A DNA stretch of 64,000 bases from contig CBDEGU010000011.1 of NCBI GenBank assembly GCA_965238045.1, positions 640,402-704,401 on the forward strand. The letters are read 5' to 3'. This stretch comes from Bryobacterales bacterium. Lineage in GTDB: Bacteria; Acidobacteriota; Terriglobia; Bryobacterales; UBA6623. Position 1 is the stretch's first letter. Each line of letters starts with the position of its first letter. Both the position numbers and the translations under genes were made by a program. Below, piece by piece: positions 9,838 to 20,493 of the stretch. The notes beneath the pieces are model-generated. The model was given only the letters and a program-made list of their open reading frames with translations, was not told where the DNA came from and ran no database searches.

Positions 9838-9945
9838 GATATGTGCGCGACCCCGGAGTGACGATCAATGGCCGTGGCTTCGTCTGTTAAGACGTCCCGG
9901 GCAAACCGGGCGTTGGGATACACACCGGCTTGCTGAAGCGAGCGT

Positions 9946-10373
9946 TTATAAGTTAGCTTTGCCGGCCGGACGTTGCGGGCTCCAGTCGAGTGCCCGCAGG
10001 ATCTTCCAGACGTGGCCTTCGTGGTAGCGCACGCCGAACTGGTCGGCGATCAGACGAGCGATGCGCGGGCAGGTCCACAGCGGCGTCGGGAAGCCGTGCG
10101 CTTCAGGGCCTTGAAGCAACAGCGCATCGAGGCGTTCGAGTTGAACGGCGTCTAAGAGCGGCTTGCGTCCAGCACGCCCTGCCTTGCGCAGTCCGGCTGC
10201 GCCCCGTTGGCGATGCTCGCCCAGCCAACGGCTCACGCATTGCTGTGTGCCGCCTTCACCCGCCGTGCCGCCTCGGACTGACTCAAACCCTCTTCAACGA
10301 CCAGCCGAACGGCTTCAAATCGTCGCTTTTCCAGAGCATCAAAATCTCGTCTTACGCCTCTTGGATTCCCCAT
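9946..10373 (-). pseudogene. IS630-family transposase N-terminal fragment (frameshifted, DDE domain missing)
   Basis: MGNPRGVRRDFDALEKRRFEAVRLVVEEGLSQSEAARRVKAAHSNA* then, in a shifted frame, VSRWLGEHRQRGAAGLRKAGRAGRKPLL...FPTPLWTCPRIARLIADQFGVRYHEGHVWKILRALDWSPQRP. These are the HTH and winged-helix parts typical of IS630/Tc1-like transposases. Homology ends abruptly near 9950. Confidence 0.7.
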
Positions 10374-10415
10374 GTATATAGAGGCGAGGGAATCTCGAAA
10401 AGATTGCTGTATATT

Positions 10416-10925
10416 ATGCGAGATTCAGTAAGTCTGATCGAGGGCGACATCACGAAGATGCCGACGGATGCGATCGTCAACGCCGCCAATTCCACTCTGG
10501 CCGGCGGGGGAGGCGTGGATGGTGCCATCCACCACGCCGGCGGCCCTTTGATCATGCATGAACTGGATGAGATCCGCGCGAGAACCGGTGGCTGCCCGAC
10601 GGGTGAAGCCGTCATCACCGGTGCGGGAGACTTGCCGGCTCGCTGGGTAATTCATACTGTCGGTCCCCTCTTCAGGGATGGCCGTCATGGCGAGCCGAAG
10701 CTTCTCCACTCGTGCTATCGCAACTCTCTTCAACTGGCGTGAGGCAAAGGTGCCCGCTCGGTCACGTTCCCCTCAATCAGTACTGGGGCCTACGGATATC
10801 CAATGGCCGAGGCGGCCGAAGTCGCAATCGGAGCCGTTGCCAAGATGCTCGCGGACCCCGCTTGCCAGCTCACCCAGGTCACCTTCGTTCTGTTCGGCAC
10901 GGGGTGGCCCATGAAACTCACCTGA
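10416..10925 (+). pseudogene. Macro-domain protein (O-acetyl-ADP-ribose deacetylase/YmdB-like) with in-frame TGA at 10740-10742
   Basis: IEGDITKMPTDAIVNAANSTLAGGGGVDGAIHHAGG...VIHTVGP...CYRNSLQLA-TGA-GKGARSVTFPSISTGAYGYP. The macro-domain motifs continue in the same frame on both sides of the stop. Confidence 0.75.
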
Positions 10926-10980
10926 ACGTTGTCCAGCGGCTTCTTGTGCCCTAGAAAGGACCCAGCAACCTTGCTGTGGT

Positions 10981-11457
10981 ATGCTCGAAAAAATGGTGCT
11001 TTCGGAAGTTTTTCGTGCTCTTGAGAGGGCTTCGTTCGACGACGCCGTTGGAAGTGTCTCCATCGGAGGGCTGCGAACCTATCAGATCTATGAGTCGTTC
11101 AAGATCCACGCGCGCTTGAACAAGCTCAATCGCGAGCGCTTGCGCAAGTCGATACCGAGACTGTGGAGCCGCGTCGAAGCAGGTGACGAGGACCTGGCGC
11201 GCGAGGTCGCCCAGGCTGTTTTGGTCTCGAACTTGTCAATGGTGATCGAGATCTTGGACTTCCTGGGAGTCCCGCACGACGGAAGTGGCTTTTTTCAGAA
11301 GAACGACGAGGCGGCGGGCTGCCTCGGCGAGGGCTGGCGTGAGCGCGTCTACGCCGAGTTCCGCGAGAAGTACCCCGAAGCCCGCGTGCTGCTCTACATC
11401 AATCACCTGGACTGGGAATTGGGCAAACCGGTCGCTCCATTTCTAGGCTCGAAGTAG
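10981..11457 (+). CDS. Hypothetical protein
   Basis: 158-aa ORF in an otherwise empty interval. No recognised motifs. Confidence 0.45.
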   Translation: MLEKMVLSEVFRALERASFDDAVGSVSIGGLRTYQIYESFKIHARLNKLNRERLRKSIPRLWSRVEAGDEDLAREVAQAVLVSNLSMVIEILDFLGVPHDGSGFFQKNDEAAGCLGEGWRERVYAEFREKYPEARVLLYINHLDWELGKPVAPFLGSK

Positions 11458-11503
11458 TTTCGGGCTCGACGTAGTTTCTGAGCGAGAAACAAGCAGGCAC
11501 GGT

Positions 11504-12679
11504 ATGGCAAAAAAGAAAATTGGAGTACTAACCGGCGGCGGCGACGTGCCAGGACTCAACGCCGTCATCAAATCGGTGGTGTATGGCGCCACCAGCACGG
11601 GAGATTTCGAGGTAGTCGGCATCCGCCGCGGCTGGATGGGGCTGACACACGCCAATCTTGAAAGCGGCCTCGACCCGGAATATTTCCTTCCCCTCGATCG
11701 CGAAAACACGCGGACCGTCGACCGCAGCGGTGGCACCTTCCTGCATACCTCGCGCACCAAACCCTCGAAGATGCGCGTCGACAAACTCCCCGAGCACGTC
11801 AGGACCAAGCTGGGCTCGCTGAAGGAAGTCGAAGCCGGCGTGGTCGATCTAACGCCGGTTGTACTGGAGAACCTGCAGAAGGTCGGCATCGACTATTTGC
11901 TGGCCATCGGCGGAGATGACACACTGAGTTACGCCTCGGTTCTCGAGGGACAAGGTTTTCCAGTTGTCGCCGTGCCGAAGACCATGGATAACGATGTGCG
12001 GGGAACCGAGTACTGTATCGGTTTCTCGACAGCGCTGACTCGCGCCGTCGATGCGCTGCGCCGCCAGCGAACAACTGCCGGATCGCATGAGCGGATCGGC
12101 ATCTTCCGCATCTTCGGCCGCGACGCTGGTTTTACTGCGCTCTACACCGCTTATGTGACCTCGATCCGTTGCTGCATTCCCGAGTCGCCGTTTGATCTCG
12201 AGAAGCTGATCGACGTTTTGGTCCAGGAGAAGCGGGAAACGCCGAGCCGTTACTCCCTGGTCGTGATGTCGGAAGGCGCGACGTGGGAGGGACGCCAGGT
12301 CCAGGAGTATGGCGCGGCCGACGCCTATGGTCATCGCAAGAAGGTCAACGTCGGCGAGGCCTTCGCCGATGAGGTCAACCGCATCACGGGAGAGAGCACG
12401 CTGGTTAGTGATCTGACCTACGATCTTCGCAGCGGAAGCCCCGACTTTCTTGACAAGATGATCGCCTACACGTTCGCGACGATGGCGGTCGAGTGCATCT
12501 CCGACGGCGCCAGCGGCCGTATGATGGCGATACGGAACGGCTGCTACACCGACACCGAGATTCCCGATCCCAGCCTGGGCGCGAAAACCGTGGATGTTGA
12601 AACGATGTACAACGCCGACCGGTTCCGCCCCAATTACGCCAATAAGACCGGCCTGCCGATTTTCCTGACCCGCGTGTAG
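11504..12679 (+). CDS. pfk: 6-phosphofructokinase (GGDDT-type, possibly PPi-dependent)
   Basis: IGVLTGGGDVPGLNAVI, AIGGDDTLSYA and VPKTMDNDVRGTEYCIGFSTA are PFK family signatures. GGDD rather than GGDG hints at the PPi-dependent or group III type. Confidence 0.85.
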   Translation: MAKKKIGVLTGGGDVPGLNAVIKSVVYGATSTGDFEVVGIRRGWMGLTHANLESGLDPEYFLPLDRENTRTVDRSGGTFLHTSRTKPSKMRVDKLPEHVRTKLGSLKEVEAGVVDLTPVVLENLQKVGIDYLLAIGGDDTLSYASVLEGQGFPVVAVPKTMDNDVRGTEYCIGFSTALTRAVDALRRQRTTAGSHERIGIFRIFGRDAGFTALYTAYVTSIRCCIPESPFDLEKLIDVLVQEKRETPSRYSLVVMSEGATWEGRQVQEYGAADAYGHRKKVNVGEAFADEVNRITGESTLVSDLTYDLRSGSPDFLDKMIAYTFATMAVECISDGASGRMMAIRNGCYTDTEIPDPSLGAKTVDVETMYNADRFRPNYANKTGLPIFLTRV

Positions 12680-12703
12680 CCCATGGAAGGTCCGCGGCTT
12701 TAG

Positions 12704-14450
12704 CCCGCATTTCTCACCGATTCCCGGAAACGGGGTTGGCGGGGCGCGCGCGATGAGATTTCATGGGTTTTGGGCGGCATCGTCTCTGGCCGGGGTCACC
12801 GTGAGACGGAAACGGCCCTGCTTGCCGTCCGCGACCCTGGCCGGATCGTTTTTGATCTGTTTTTGGGCAAACCTCAATGGCCGGCCCTCTCGTACCCTGT
12901 GTGCTTCAAGTGATGCTTGAACTCGCTACGCCGTTTTCAGATGCTTTGCGGCTCCCCCCGCTCGAGATTCTCATACACTTGTTCAAATATCTCCGCCCAG
13001 GTGTATCCGCTCGCCAGTGAAATCCATATCTTGCGTGCCGTGATCCGGATGCGCGCTCCGATCTTGAACAACCGCAGCCGGATCGTCGTGCATTGCGCCC
13101 GCGCCATCTTTGTCCCCGCCAGCCCCAGCCGACGCAGCCCTTCCATAACACAGTATCCGATCGATGAAAGATATAAGCGGATCTGATTCGAGCGGAAGGA
13201 GGCCGTCGAGGTGCGGTCGGCGAACACCCCCAGCTGCTGCTCCTTGATGCGGTTCTCCATCTCCCCGCGGGCACAGTAGATCGTCTCGTATACTTCTTGC
13301 GCCGCCGCTTGCTTCGGCGTCAACGACGTCACCACGAAGCGCGGGTTTTCGCCCTTCGCCAGATACTCGGCCTTGGCCACCACGCGCCGCCGCCGCGCCC
13401 AACTCTTGCGCGTGCGGTAGCGGAAATCCCCGAACGCCCGCGCCGCCTTACCCGTCTTGGCGAAACGCCGCCGCGCCAGCTGTATCCGTCTCTTGATCCG
13501 GCGCTGTAAACGGCCGTTCTTCGCCAGCCCGAACACGTAATCCACACCGTTGTTCTCGCACCAGCTCATGATCTGGTCGCGGCAAAAACCGCTGTCGGCC
13601 CGCAGCATGATCGCAACTTCGGGCCACACCCGCCGCAGTTGTTCGACGATGCGCCGGACTTCTTCCAGCGCCCCGGCCGCGGCGTCGAGATCGGCCGACC
13701 GCAAGCGCGCGCACAGCAACTGGTCCCCCGCGAAAATGTAGAGCGGCAGGTAGCAATAGTGCCGGTAGTAGCCGTGGAAAAAGCGTCCTTCCTGGTTGCC
13801 GTGCAGCGGGTCGTCGGTGGCGTCGAGATCGAGCACGATGCGCTTGGGCTGGCGGGGCTGGGATTGGATGTAAAGCTCGGTCAGCAGACGGTCGGCCGCG
13901 GCGGTGTCGAGAGCGATCTTTTTGTAACGGCTGGACGCGCCGCCTTCGGCCGCGGTCAACTCCAGACGGTTGAGAGTGCTCTTGCCGGCGCCGGGGTTGC
14001 CGCGGTCTTGGGGGCGCCGCCGCTGGGCGCCTGCGAGGTCTTGTTTGCCGCTGAGCAGGGCCAGCAGCGGGTCGGCGCGCAGCTGATCGTGATCGTTGAG
14101 ATCCTCATAACCGAGCGCCAGCCCGTAGACGCGCTGGGCGACCAGTTCGCGCACGCTGTGTTCGACCTGCGCCGGTTGCCGATGATCGCGGAAGCAGGCG
14201 GCGAACTACCGCACGATGCCGCTGCGCTGCTCGATCTGGCGCAACAGCACGGAGCCGCCGTCGGAGGTGATCGTGCCGCCATCGAAACGGGCCACCACCT
14301 GGCGGCGAGCATGGTTGGCGAAGGTGAAGCTGGTTTGGGTACACTCTGTCATGGCAGGGGTCGCTTTCTTGTTGGCTCAAACATCTTGTAGTGATTATGT
14401 TTATGCCACAAAAGGCGGCCTTCTGCCAACCCCGCGATGAGAAATGCGGG
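12704..14450 (-). mobile_element. IS1380-family insertion sequence (about 1747 bp)
   Basis: Termini CCCGCATTTCTCACCG...GGGGTTGGC (left) and GCCAACCCCGCGATGAGAAATGCGGG (right) form imperfect inverted repeats starting with CC. Flanked by TTAG (12700-12703) and CTAG (14451-14454). Contains a PF13701-type DDE transposase gene. Confidence 0.8.
12937..14352 (-). pseudogene. IS1380-family (DDE group 1) transposase with in-frame TAG at 14206-14208
   Basis: The reading frame from ATG 14352 gives MTECTQTSFTFANHARRQVVARFDGGTITSDGGSVLLRQIEQRSGIVR-TAG-FAACFRDHRQPAQVEHSVRELVAQRVYGLALGYEDLNDHD... and continues into the 405-aa track ORF. DLDATDDPLHGNQEG, RADSGF and YCARGEMENRIKE are family motifs. Confidence 0.8.
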
Positions 14451-14541
14451 CTAGGGACGGTTAGCCGATTTTCGCATCGGAAGACCGCTGCGTGTCGTCG
14501 ATTTCTCGAACGCGCGAAACAAGTGGCTGTCCGCGAGCGGG

Positions 14542-15024
14542 CTACATGAACGCTTTGATGATCTGCGCCTGGATGTCTTGCAGGTTCTGCTGCACCGACT
14601 GCACTTCCTTGATCCTGTCCTCAAGCTGCCCCATGAGAAAGCGCCGTTCGAGCCCGTTCTGGATGATCAGTTTGAGATGCTCGTTGTCCCAGGGCTTTTC
14701 TACGTACTGGTAAAGGCCAACATCATTGATCGCCTTGATGGCGTTCTCCTTGTCGGCGTACCCGGTGAGCAGTATGCGAGTGGCATACGGATGGATCTTC
14801 TTGTACGCAAGAAGAAACTCGATGCCGTTCATTCCCGGCATCAGGTAGTCCGAAATGACGAGATCGGCCGGATTCCTCGGCGCCTCTTCGATCGCCTGCT
14901 CGGGCGAAACGTAGGTCTGAAGGTCAAAATCGGTCTCCAGCGTGAGAAAAGATCTCAGGCTGGTCAGGACCATCTCCTCGTCGTCGACGATGGCGATGAC
15001 CGGCGTTTTACCGGCGGGAGTCAT
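14542..15024 (-). CDS. Response regulator (CheY-like receiver with C-terminal coiled-coil, no DNA-binding domain)
   Basis: IAIVDDEE...LVISDYLMPGMNG...ILLTGYAD receiver motifs. Start overlaps the kinase stop (ATGA). Confidence 0.85.
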   Translation of the reverse strand: MTPAGKTPVIAIVDDEEMVLTSLRSFLTLETDFDLQTYVSPEQAIEEAPRNPADLVISDYLMPGMNGIEFLLAYKKIHPYATRILLTGYADKENAIKAINDVGLYQYVEKPWDNEHLKLIIQNGLERRFLMGQLEDRIKEVQSVQQNLQDIQAQIIKAFM

Positions 15025-16904
15025 ATTTCGCTCTCGGAGGGTTCTCCGCTCCGAACGGGCAGGCGCAATGTAAAGGTAGATCCGCGGCCAACCTCGCTCT
15101 CGACGCTGATATCGCCACCGTGGTCCTGCGCGATCTTGAAACAGATCGAGAGCCCCAAACCGGTACCAACGCCGACGCCTTTCGTGGTGAAACCCGGATC
15201 AAAGATGCGGGGAAGGTTTTCTTGCGGAATGCCTTTTCCAGAATCGGAAATCTGAACATTTACTATATCACCGCTCTGGAATGTCCGAATCGTGATCCTT
15301 CCCTTGCCCTCCACCGCCTGCGCCGCGTTCACCAGCAAATTCATGAAGACTTGGTTGACCTGGTTGGGGTGACAGCGTATGGCCGGGATGTCGCCGTACT
15401 CCTTGACGACCTCGATGCGATTCTTGAGCTGGTGGCGCACAAGCGTGAGAGTGCTATCGAGACCCTCGTGCAGATCGGCGATCTTGAATTCGGCCTCATC
15501 AAGGCGCGCGAAGTTTCTCAGACTTCTGACAATACAGACAATGCGTTCGCTGGCGAGCTGATTGATGCGAGCGATGTCCTCCAGCACCGAGCGCACTCGC
15601 TGCAAGGTGCGGTTTCCGCGGACCGATTCGGGAATCTCGCCCGATTGCATGATGTCGGAAAACTTTTGCAGCGAGCGACTCAAAGTATCGGCATTGCTCG
15701 CAATCGTTCCGATCGGCGTGTTCATCTCATGGGCGATTCCGGCGACAAGCCTGCCCAGCGCCGCCATCTTCTCTTGCTGGATGAGCTGAGTCTGGGAGTT
15801 GCGCAGATCCCGGGTGCGAACCTCGACTTCCTGCTCCAGTTCCTCGGCATGATGACGAAGATGCTCGGCAAGCTTCTCGCGCTCGGTGACATCGTGGCAA
15901 ATGACCTGAATGATCATCTGCTCGCCGTAGGTCACCAGGCTCGCGCTGACGTCAATATAGCGAGCGTCCAGACCTCCGTCCCGCAGCTTGACGTTGTTGT
16001 AATAGAGCTGACCGTGCTGTGGCATGGCGTCGAAGGCGGTCGCGTCTTTCCATTCCTCGACCGGAATCACATCGGCAAGAGTGCGGCCGCGCAGCACGCC
16101 CTTGGGGACGCCGGTCAGCGGTTCGGCCTTATCGTTTACCTCGAAGATGCGACGCGACGCGAAATCGGCCAGCAGAATCGCCTCGCCGGCCTCCTTGGTT
16201 AGCGCGCGATACTTGGCCTCGGATTCCCGTAGCGCCTCGCTGCGAGTCTGCAATTCTTCGTAGAGGCGCACATTTTCGACGATTTGGGCCGACTGAACCG
16301 CGATGATCGACAGCAGCCGCTGATCGTCGGGGGTAAAGCCGCCATCCCTGCGTTTGTTGAAGAGATTCAACAGGCCCACCATTTTGCCCTTGGCCCGCAA
16401 GGGCACGCTCAGTAGCGAACGTATCGGAAAGTCTTTCGAGGCCAGGCCCTGAAATCGGGGATCCGCTGGCAGATCATTGGTGAGCAGAGGCTTCTGATTC
16501 TTAAGCATCCAGCCGGTGAGCTGCTGGCCGAAGCGATAAGGCACCAAATCCGACCCGGAATAGGCCTTGCGGGCGATGGTGCGGAACGGGTCATCGTCTT
16601 TTTCGTCGCGGAGCAGCAGGACCGCGCCCTGCTCTACGTTGAAGTACTTCACGCTTTCCTGGACGATCATGTCCACAATCTCGTTCAGCGAGACCGTGGA
16701 ACTGATTGCGCCGCTGATGCTGTTCAGAACCGAGAGTTCCTCGACAACCCTGTGGAGACGCTTGTTTTCCTCGCGCAAGGAAGCGATGTCGGCCGGGGAG
16801 GTTTCTGTCGGCATGACGGCTGGTGTCGGGGAACTGGCCGCCCTGACGGACAGACAAGCCCGGAACATCTCCAGTATAGAGAAGCAGGGCGATGGAAGAG
16901 ACAA
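15021..16904 (-). CDS. Sensor histidine kinase (GAF-PAS-HisKA-HATPase)
   Basis: H-box AGIAHEMNTPIG, N-box NLLVNAAQA, G-boxes DSGKGI and GVGTGLGLS. GAF-like and PAS-like regions lie upstream. The exact start is uncertain. Confidence 0.85.
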   Translation of the reverse strand: MSLPSPCFSILEMFRACLSVRAASSPTPAVMPTETSPADIASLREENKRLHRVVEELSVLNSISGAISSTVSLNEIVDMIVQESVKYFNVEQGAVLLLRDEKDDDPFRTIARKAYSGSDLVPYRFGQQLTGWMLKNQKPLLTNDLPADPRFQGLASKDFPIRSLLSVPLRAKGKMVGLLNLFNKRRDGGFTPDDQRLLSIIAVQSAQIVENVRLYEELQTRSEALRESEAKYRALTKEAGEAILLADFASRRIFEVNDKAEPLTGVPKGVLRGRTLADVIPVEEWKDATAFDAMPQHGQLYYNNVKLRDGGLDARYIDVSASLVTYGEQMIIQVICHDVTEREKLAEHLRHHAEELEQEVEVRTRDLRNSQTQLIQQEKMAALGRLVAGIAHEMNTPIGTIASNADTLSRSLQKFSDIMQSGEIPESVRGNRTLQRVRSVLEDIARINQLASERIVCIVRSLRNFARLDEAEFKIADLHEGLDSTLTLVRHQLKNRIEVVKEYGDIPAIRCHPNQVNQVFMNLLVNAAQAVEGKGRITIRTFQSGDIVNVQISDSGKGIPQENLPRIFDPGFTTKGVGVGTGLGLSICFKIAQDHGGDISVESEVGRGSTFTLRLPVRSGEPSESEI

Positions 16905-17036
16905 ACCACCAAACGGGTCCAGCCACAGTCATGCCCACCCAGGTGGCGTAATCCGGCAGCGTCGCGAGCGCGGGTTTGTGGCGCTCTCCACGCTGCCGGG
17001 CGCTGGGGGCGTTTGGGCGATCGGGAATAGGCTGGC

Positions 17037-18371
17037 TTAGACGATCTCGCTCAGCCGCTTGCTGGCGGTCGGGAAGCTGTCGATGTCGGTCTTGAAGACC
17101 TCCGACGCCACCGTGAGGTAGAGGTCACCCATCGTGCCGGTCATCTCGCTGTGCATTCCTGTCTTCATGCCGCCAAGATGTCCGGCGAGGATGACGCCCA
17201 GACCGCTGTTCTTGTGAGCGTTGGCCTCGGCGTGCTCGTGCACGTAGGCGATCGAGGTGTGATCGAGCAGAGTGCCGTCGCCTTCCGGGATAGAGCGAAG
17301 CTTCGCCAGCAGGTAGGCGAATTCCTCGGCGTGCCAGCGGTTGATGTCGCGTAGAATCTGCTGTCCGCGCCTTGTCTCAACCGCGCCGTGGGTGTATTCG
17401 TGGTGGCGCCAGGCGGTGTAGCCCAGCCACGGGAAGCGCGACAGTCCTTGGCACTTCGTCAGCATGTAGGAAGCCACGCGCGTCTGTCCCGACGCGAGCG
17501 CATGAACCATTAGGTCAGTCTGGAGCTTCGCGATGCGCGGCCAGTCCTTAAGATCGCCGCCCTCGGCGGGACGCTCGACCACCTGGTGGTATTCGGGCGG
17601 AAGGCTGGCGATCGAGCGCTCGACATCGCGCAGGGAAGTCATATATTCGTCGAGACGCTGCCGATCGGACGCGCCTAACCGGGCCTCAAGCTTGCCAGCG
17701 TCCTCGCGAACGGCGTCGAGAACGCTTTTCTTGCGGTCGATCCAGTGCTCTTCCCGCGTGCCGAAGAGACGGTCGAACAGCCGCTGCGGAATCATCTCGG
17801 GAGGAAGTGGACGGTCGCGATCGGCCCAGCTCATGTTGCGCTGAATGCTCTCCCCAAACGATTCCTGACACACGCCGACCTGGATCGAGCGGAAACGCGT
17901 GTCGCGTCCGATCTTGTTGGCAATCACTTGATCCACCGACGGTCCGCCGGCGCCGCGCCCTGTAAACGAGGTGCCCGACATCAGGGCGCTCATCGACCGG
18001 TGGTGATCGTTGCCCGGTCCGGGCAGCCGCGCCGCGGGACTGTCGAGTCCGGTGATGACGTGGATGTCGCCGCGAAACGGTGCAAGCGGTCGCAGGCATG
18101 GCGTCATGACATAGTCCGCGCCGGCTTCCGCGGGGATCCAAAATCGTTCAATAATGCCGTTGCCGTTGAACCAGACGATGAACCGGGATTCGATTTCCGC
18201 TGAGGTTGTTCTGCCCGCCGCCGCGTAGGCGGCGCCGCTGGGATTGAACATCGCCTCGAGAGCGGGGAGTCCGACGCGGACCGCGGCTCCGGCGGCGCCC
18301 AGTCCTCGCAACAGCATGCGGCGAGAAAGCGAATTTACGAGTGACGGCATAAGCTTATCCAGCATCTCCAA
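17037..18371 (-). CDS. DUF1552 domain protein with twin-arginine signal
   Basis: N-terminus [15 protein letters not shown]...LPALEAM is typical of DUF1552 proteins. Paired with an upstream DUF1592-type gene, as in Planctomycetota and Acidobacteriota. Confidence 0.75.
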   Translation of the reverse strand: MEMLDKLMPSLVNSLSRRMLLRGLGAAGAAVRVGLPALEAMFNPSGAAYAAAGRTTSAEIESRFIVWFNGNGIIERFWIPAEAGADYVMTPCLRPLAPFRGDIHVITGLDSPAARLPGPGNDHHRSMSALMSGTSFTGRGAGGPSVDQVIANKIGRDTRFRSIQVGVCQESFGESIQRNMSWADRDRPLPPEMIPQRLFDRLFGTREEHWIDRKKSVLDAVREDAGKLEARLGASDRQRLDEYMTSLRDVERSIASLPPEYHQVVERPAEGGDLKDWPRIAKLQTDLMVHALASGQTRVASYMLTKCQGLSRFPWLGYTAWRHHEYTHGAVETRRGQQILRDINRWHAEEFAYLLAKLRSIPEGDGTLLDHTSIAYVHEHAEANAHKNSGLGVILAGHLGGMKTGMHSEMTGTMGDLYLTVASEVFKTDIDSFPTASKRLSEIV

Positions 18372-20364
18372 GGAAAGACTCGGAGCGAACGAGCAAGAGG
18401 ATTAGTTCTCGAAATCGGAAGTCCGATTGCTCGAAGTTTTCGAAGACACGGTCAATGACCGCCCGGTCGGCCTTGGTCTCGTGCCTTCCCATGGCGTACC
18501 GGAATAGCTGTCGCACGACACACTTGCGGCAACTCCTGTTCCCGGCCAGGATGGCTCCGAGTTCCTTGGGAGTCGAGAAACTTGAGTTCGGAATGCCGGC
18601 GACCTCTGCCGAAGTATCTAACGCCATCTCGTACTTCGTCTCCTTGGTCTTGATCTTCTTCATGCGCTCGTCGCGAGTCGGGTAGATCGTCAGGTAGTGT
18701 TTGTCGCGAAACTGCCCGATGGCGTCGTATTGCTCGAGGCCAAAACCAATCGGATCAATGAGCCGGTGACAGCTCGCGCACGTCGTACTCGTCAGGTGGA
18801 CGCTCAGCCGCTCACGATTGGTCATCGGCCTGTCGTCGGTAACCGGCGGCAAGCTGGCATTCAACCCGGGCGGGGGAGGTGGCACGACTTGGCAGAGAAA
18901 ATGCTTGCGCACAAACAGACCACGCTCGGTCGGCGAGGTATCTGACGGCTTGCTCGTCACCGTGTGGAACATCGCCTGCCCAAGAACTCCGGCACGACCC
19001 GAATCCGGCGCAAACCGCACCATGGCAAACTCCTCGTCCGGGGCCGGGATGCCGTAGAGACTGGCGAGATCGCTGCTGAGAAATGCGTAATCGGCGGTAA
19101 AGAACTCCATGAAGTTCCTGTCGCCCCACACTAGATGACGGAACAGGCGCTTTGTCTCTTCGGTCATGGAGGCGGCCAGCTCTGGACTGAAATTCCGGTA
19201 GAGCCGCCGGTCCCGAATTGTATGGAGCACGCGGTCAAACCGCAGCCACTGCGCCAGAAACTCGTCAAAAGATCTCACCGCCCGAGGATCGTCGAGCATC
19301 CGCCGGGCCGCCTTCTCGACCTGCTCGGGCTTGTTCAGCTCACCCGCGCCGGCTTGGTCGAACAACCAGTCATTCGGCATCGTATCCCACAAGAAATACG
19401 AGAGCCGCGTCGCGATCTCATAGGGGTACCACGGGCCATCCAAACCTCTCTCTATGCGGAAGAGGAAGTTCGGCGATTGCAGCATCGCCTCGACGACGAT
19501 TCTTGCGCCGGAGAGAAACTCGCCCGTCTTGCGGGCTTCTTGCCTGAAAAGCTCGTTGTAATGCGAGACCTCGGCTTCGGTCAACGGACGGCGAAACACC
19601 CGGCGGCCAAAATCGCCCACAAACCGTTCGCTGCACGCCCGGTCGGCCGCCGAGGCAGCCTCGCAGGGAATAAGACGATTGCGGTCGCCGCCGCGAAAGA
19701 CATTGCGGGCCAGCTTTTCCGCCACCGAACCGTAGGCTTCCGCCAGCAATGGGGGAATGCTCTGCCCTTCGGTCTGATTCTTATAGCCTCGAATGAAATC
19801 TTCGGGCGGAAACTGGCTGGCGGGCCGCGTTTGGTCGCCCAGCAGGTCGCGAACCGTGTTGTTGTACTGGCTGTGAGTCAGCCGCCGCATGGCGGATGGA
19901 TGCTTCTCGGCCGTCGGCCCGCCGCCGGGCCGCGCGGAACTCTCCGGCTTCGGCAGCCTTGCCAGATGGTCCACCCAGCGCAGCAGGAGTTTTTCGTTCT
20001 CACTGTTTTTTGGGATACGCTCCCCGCCAATGTGCTCAACGCGACTGGTCGGCTTGCGGTACAGCAGCGACCGGTCGGGCGTCTCCGCGTCGACGAAAGC
20101 CGCCAGCCACAGCCCAAACGACCTGATCTCGTCGGCGCCCGCGTCCGCGGACGGAAACCGCAGGTTCGTGTCCGACGCGATGCCGGCGTCGTTGTGGCAA
20201 ACGGCACACTGCGCCTGATCGAACACGGGGTAAAGCTTTTCAACGAAAAAATCTTCGCCGACCGCTGTGGTCGCTTCCGCGTTTGCGGGGCGGGGTGGGG
20301 TGGTCCATAGGGTAGCCAAGCTCGCCGAGGCGAGCACGACGACTCGAAACGTATTCAGGTGCAT
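18355..20364 (-). CDS. DUF1592/DUF1588/DUF1595-type protein with CxxCH haem-binding motifs
   Basis: CAVCHN near the N-terminus and [13 protein letters not shown] near the C-terminus. The signal-peptide-like start [20 protein letters not shown] is at 20364, while the track ORF extends to 20445. Overlaps the DUF1552 gene start. Confidence 0.7.
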   Translation of the reverse strand: MHLNTFRVVVLASASLATLWTTPPRPANAEATTAVGEDFFVEKLYPVFDQAQCAVCHNDAGIASDTNLRFPSADAGADEIRSFGLWLAAFVDAETPDRSLLYRKPTSRVEHIGGERIPKNSENEKLLLRWVDHLARLPKPESSARPGGGPTAEKHPSAMRRLTHSQYNNTVRDLLGDQTRPASQFPPEDFIRGYKNQTEGQSIPPLLAEAYGSVAEKLARNVFRGGDRNRLIPCEAASAADRACSERFVGDFGRRVFRRPLTEAEVSHYNELFRQEARKTGEFLSGARIVVEAMLQSPNFLFRIERGLDGPWYPYEIATRLSYFLWDTMPNDWLFDQAGAGELNKPEQVEKAARRMLDDPRAVRSFDEFLAQWLRFDRVLHTIRDRRLYRNFSPELAASMTEETKRLFRHLVWGDRNFMEFFTADYAFLSSDLASLYGIPAPDEEFAMVRFAPDSGRAGVLGQAMFHTVTSKPSDTSPTERGLFVRKHFLCQVVPPPPPGLNASLPPVTDDRPMTNRERLSVHLTSTTCASCHRLIDPIGFGLEQYDAIGQFRDKHYLTIYPTRDERMKKIKTKETKYEMALDTSAEVAGIPNSSFSTPKELGAILAGNRSCRKCVVRQLFRYAMGRHETKADRAVIDRVFENFEQSDFRFRELILLLVRSESFLGDAG

Positions 20365-20493
20365 GAAATTTCCAGAGATCCGCACTCCGATTCTACCATT
20401 CATGGCACAAACCAGCGTTTCCGAAGAATCGAATCTACCCCTCATGCGGACAATCGCGGGCCAGGGGCGGGAGTCAAGAACAGCAGCGAAACA

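Noticed and set aside
10740-10742. Selenocysteine or programmed read-through as the explanation for the TGA in the macro-domain gene
   Set aside because: The position is not a catalytic Cys site in macro domains. No SECIS-like hairpin was evident immediately downstream. Other genes in the window also carry simple nonsense lesions.
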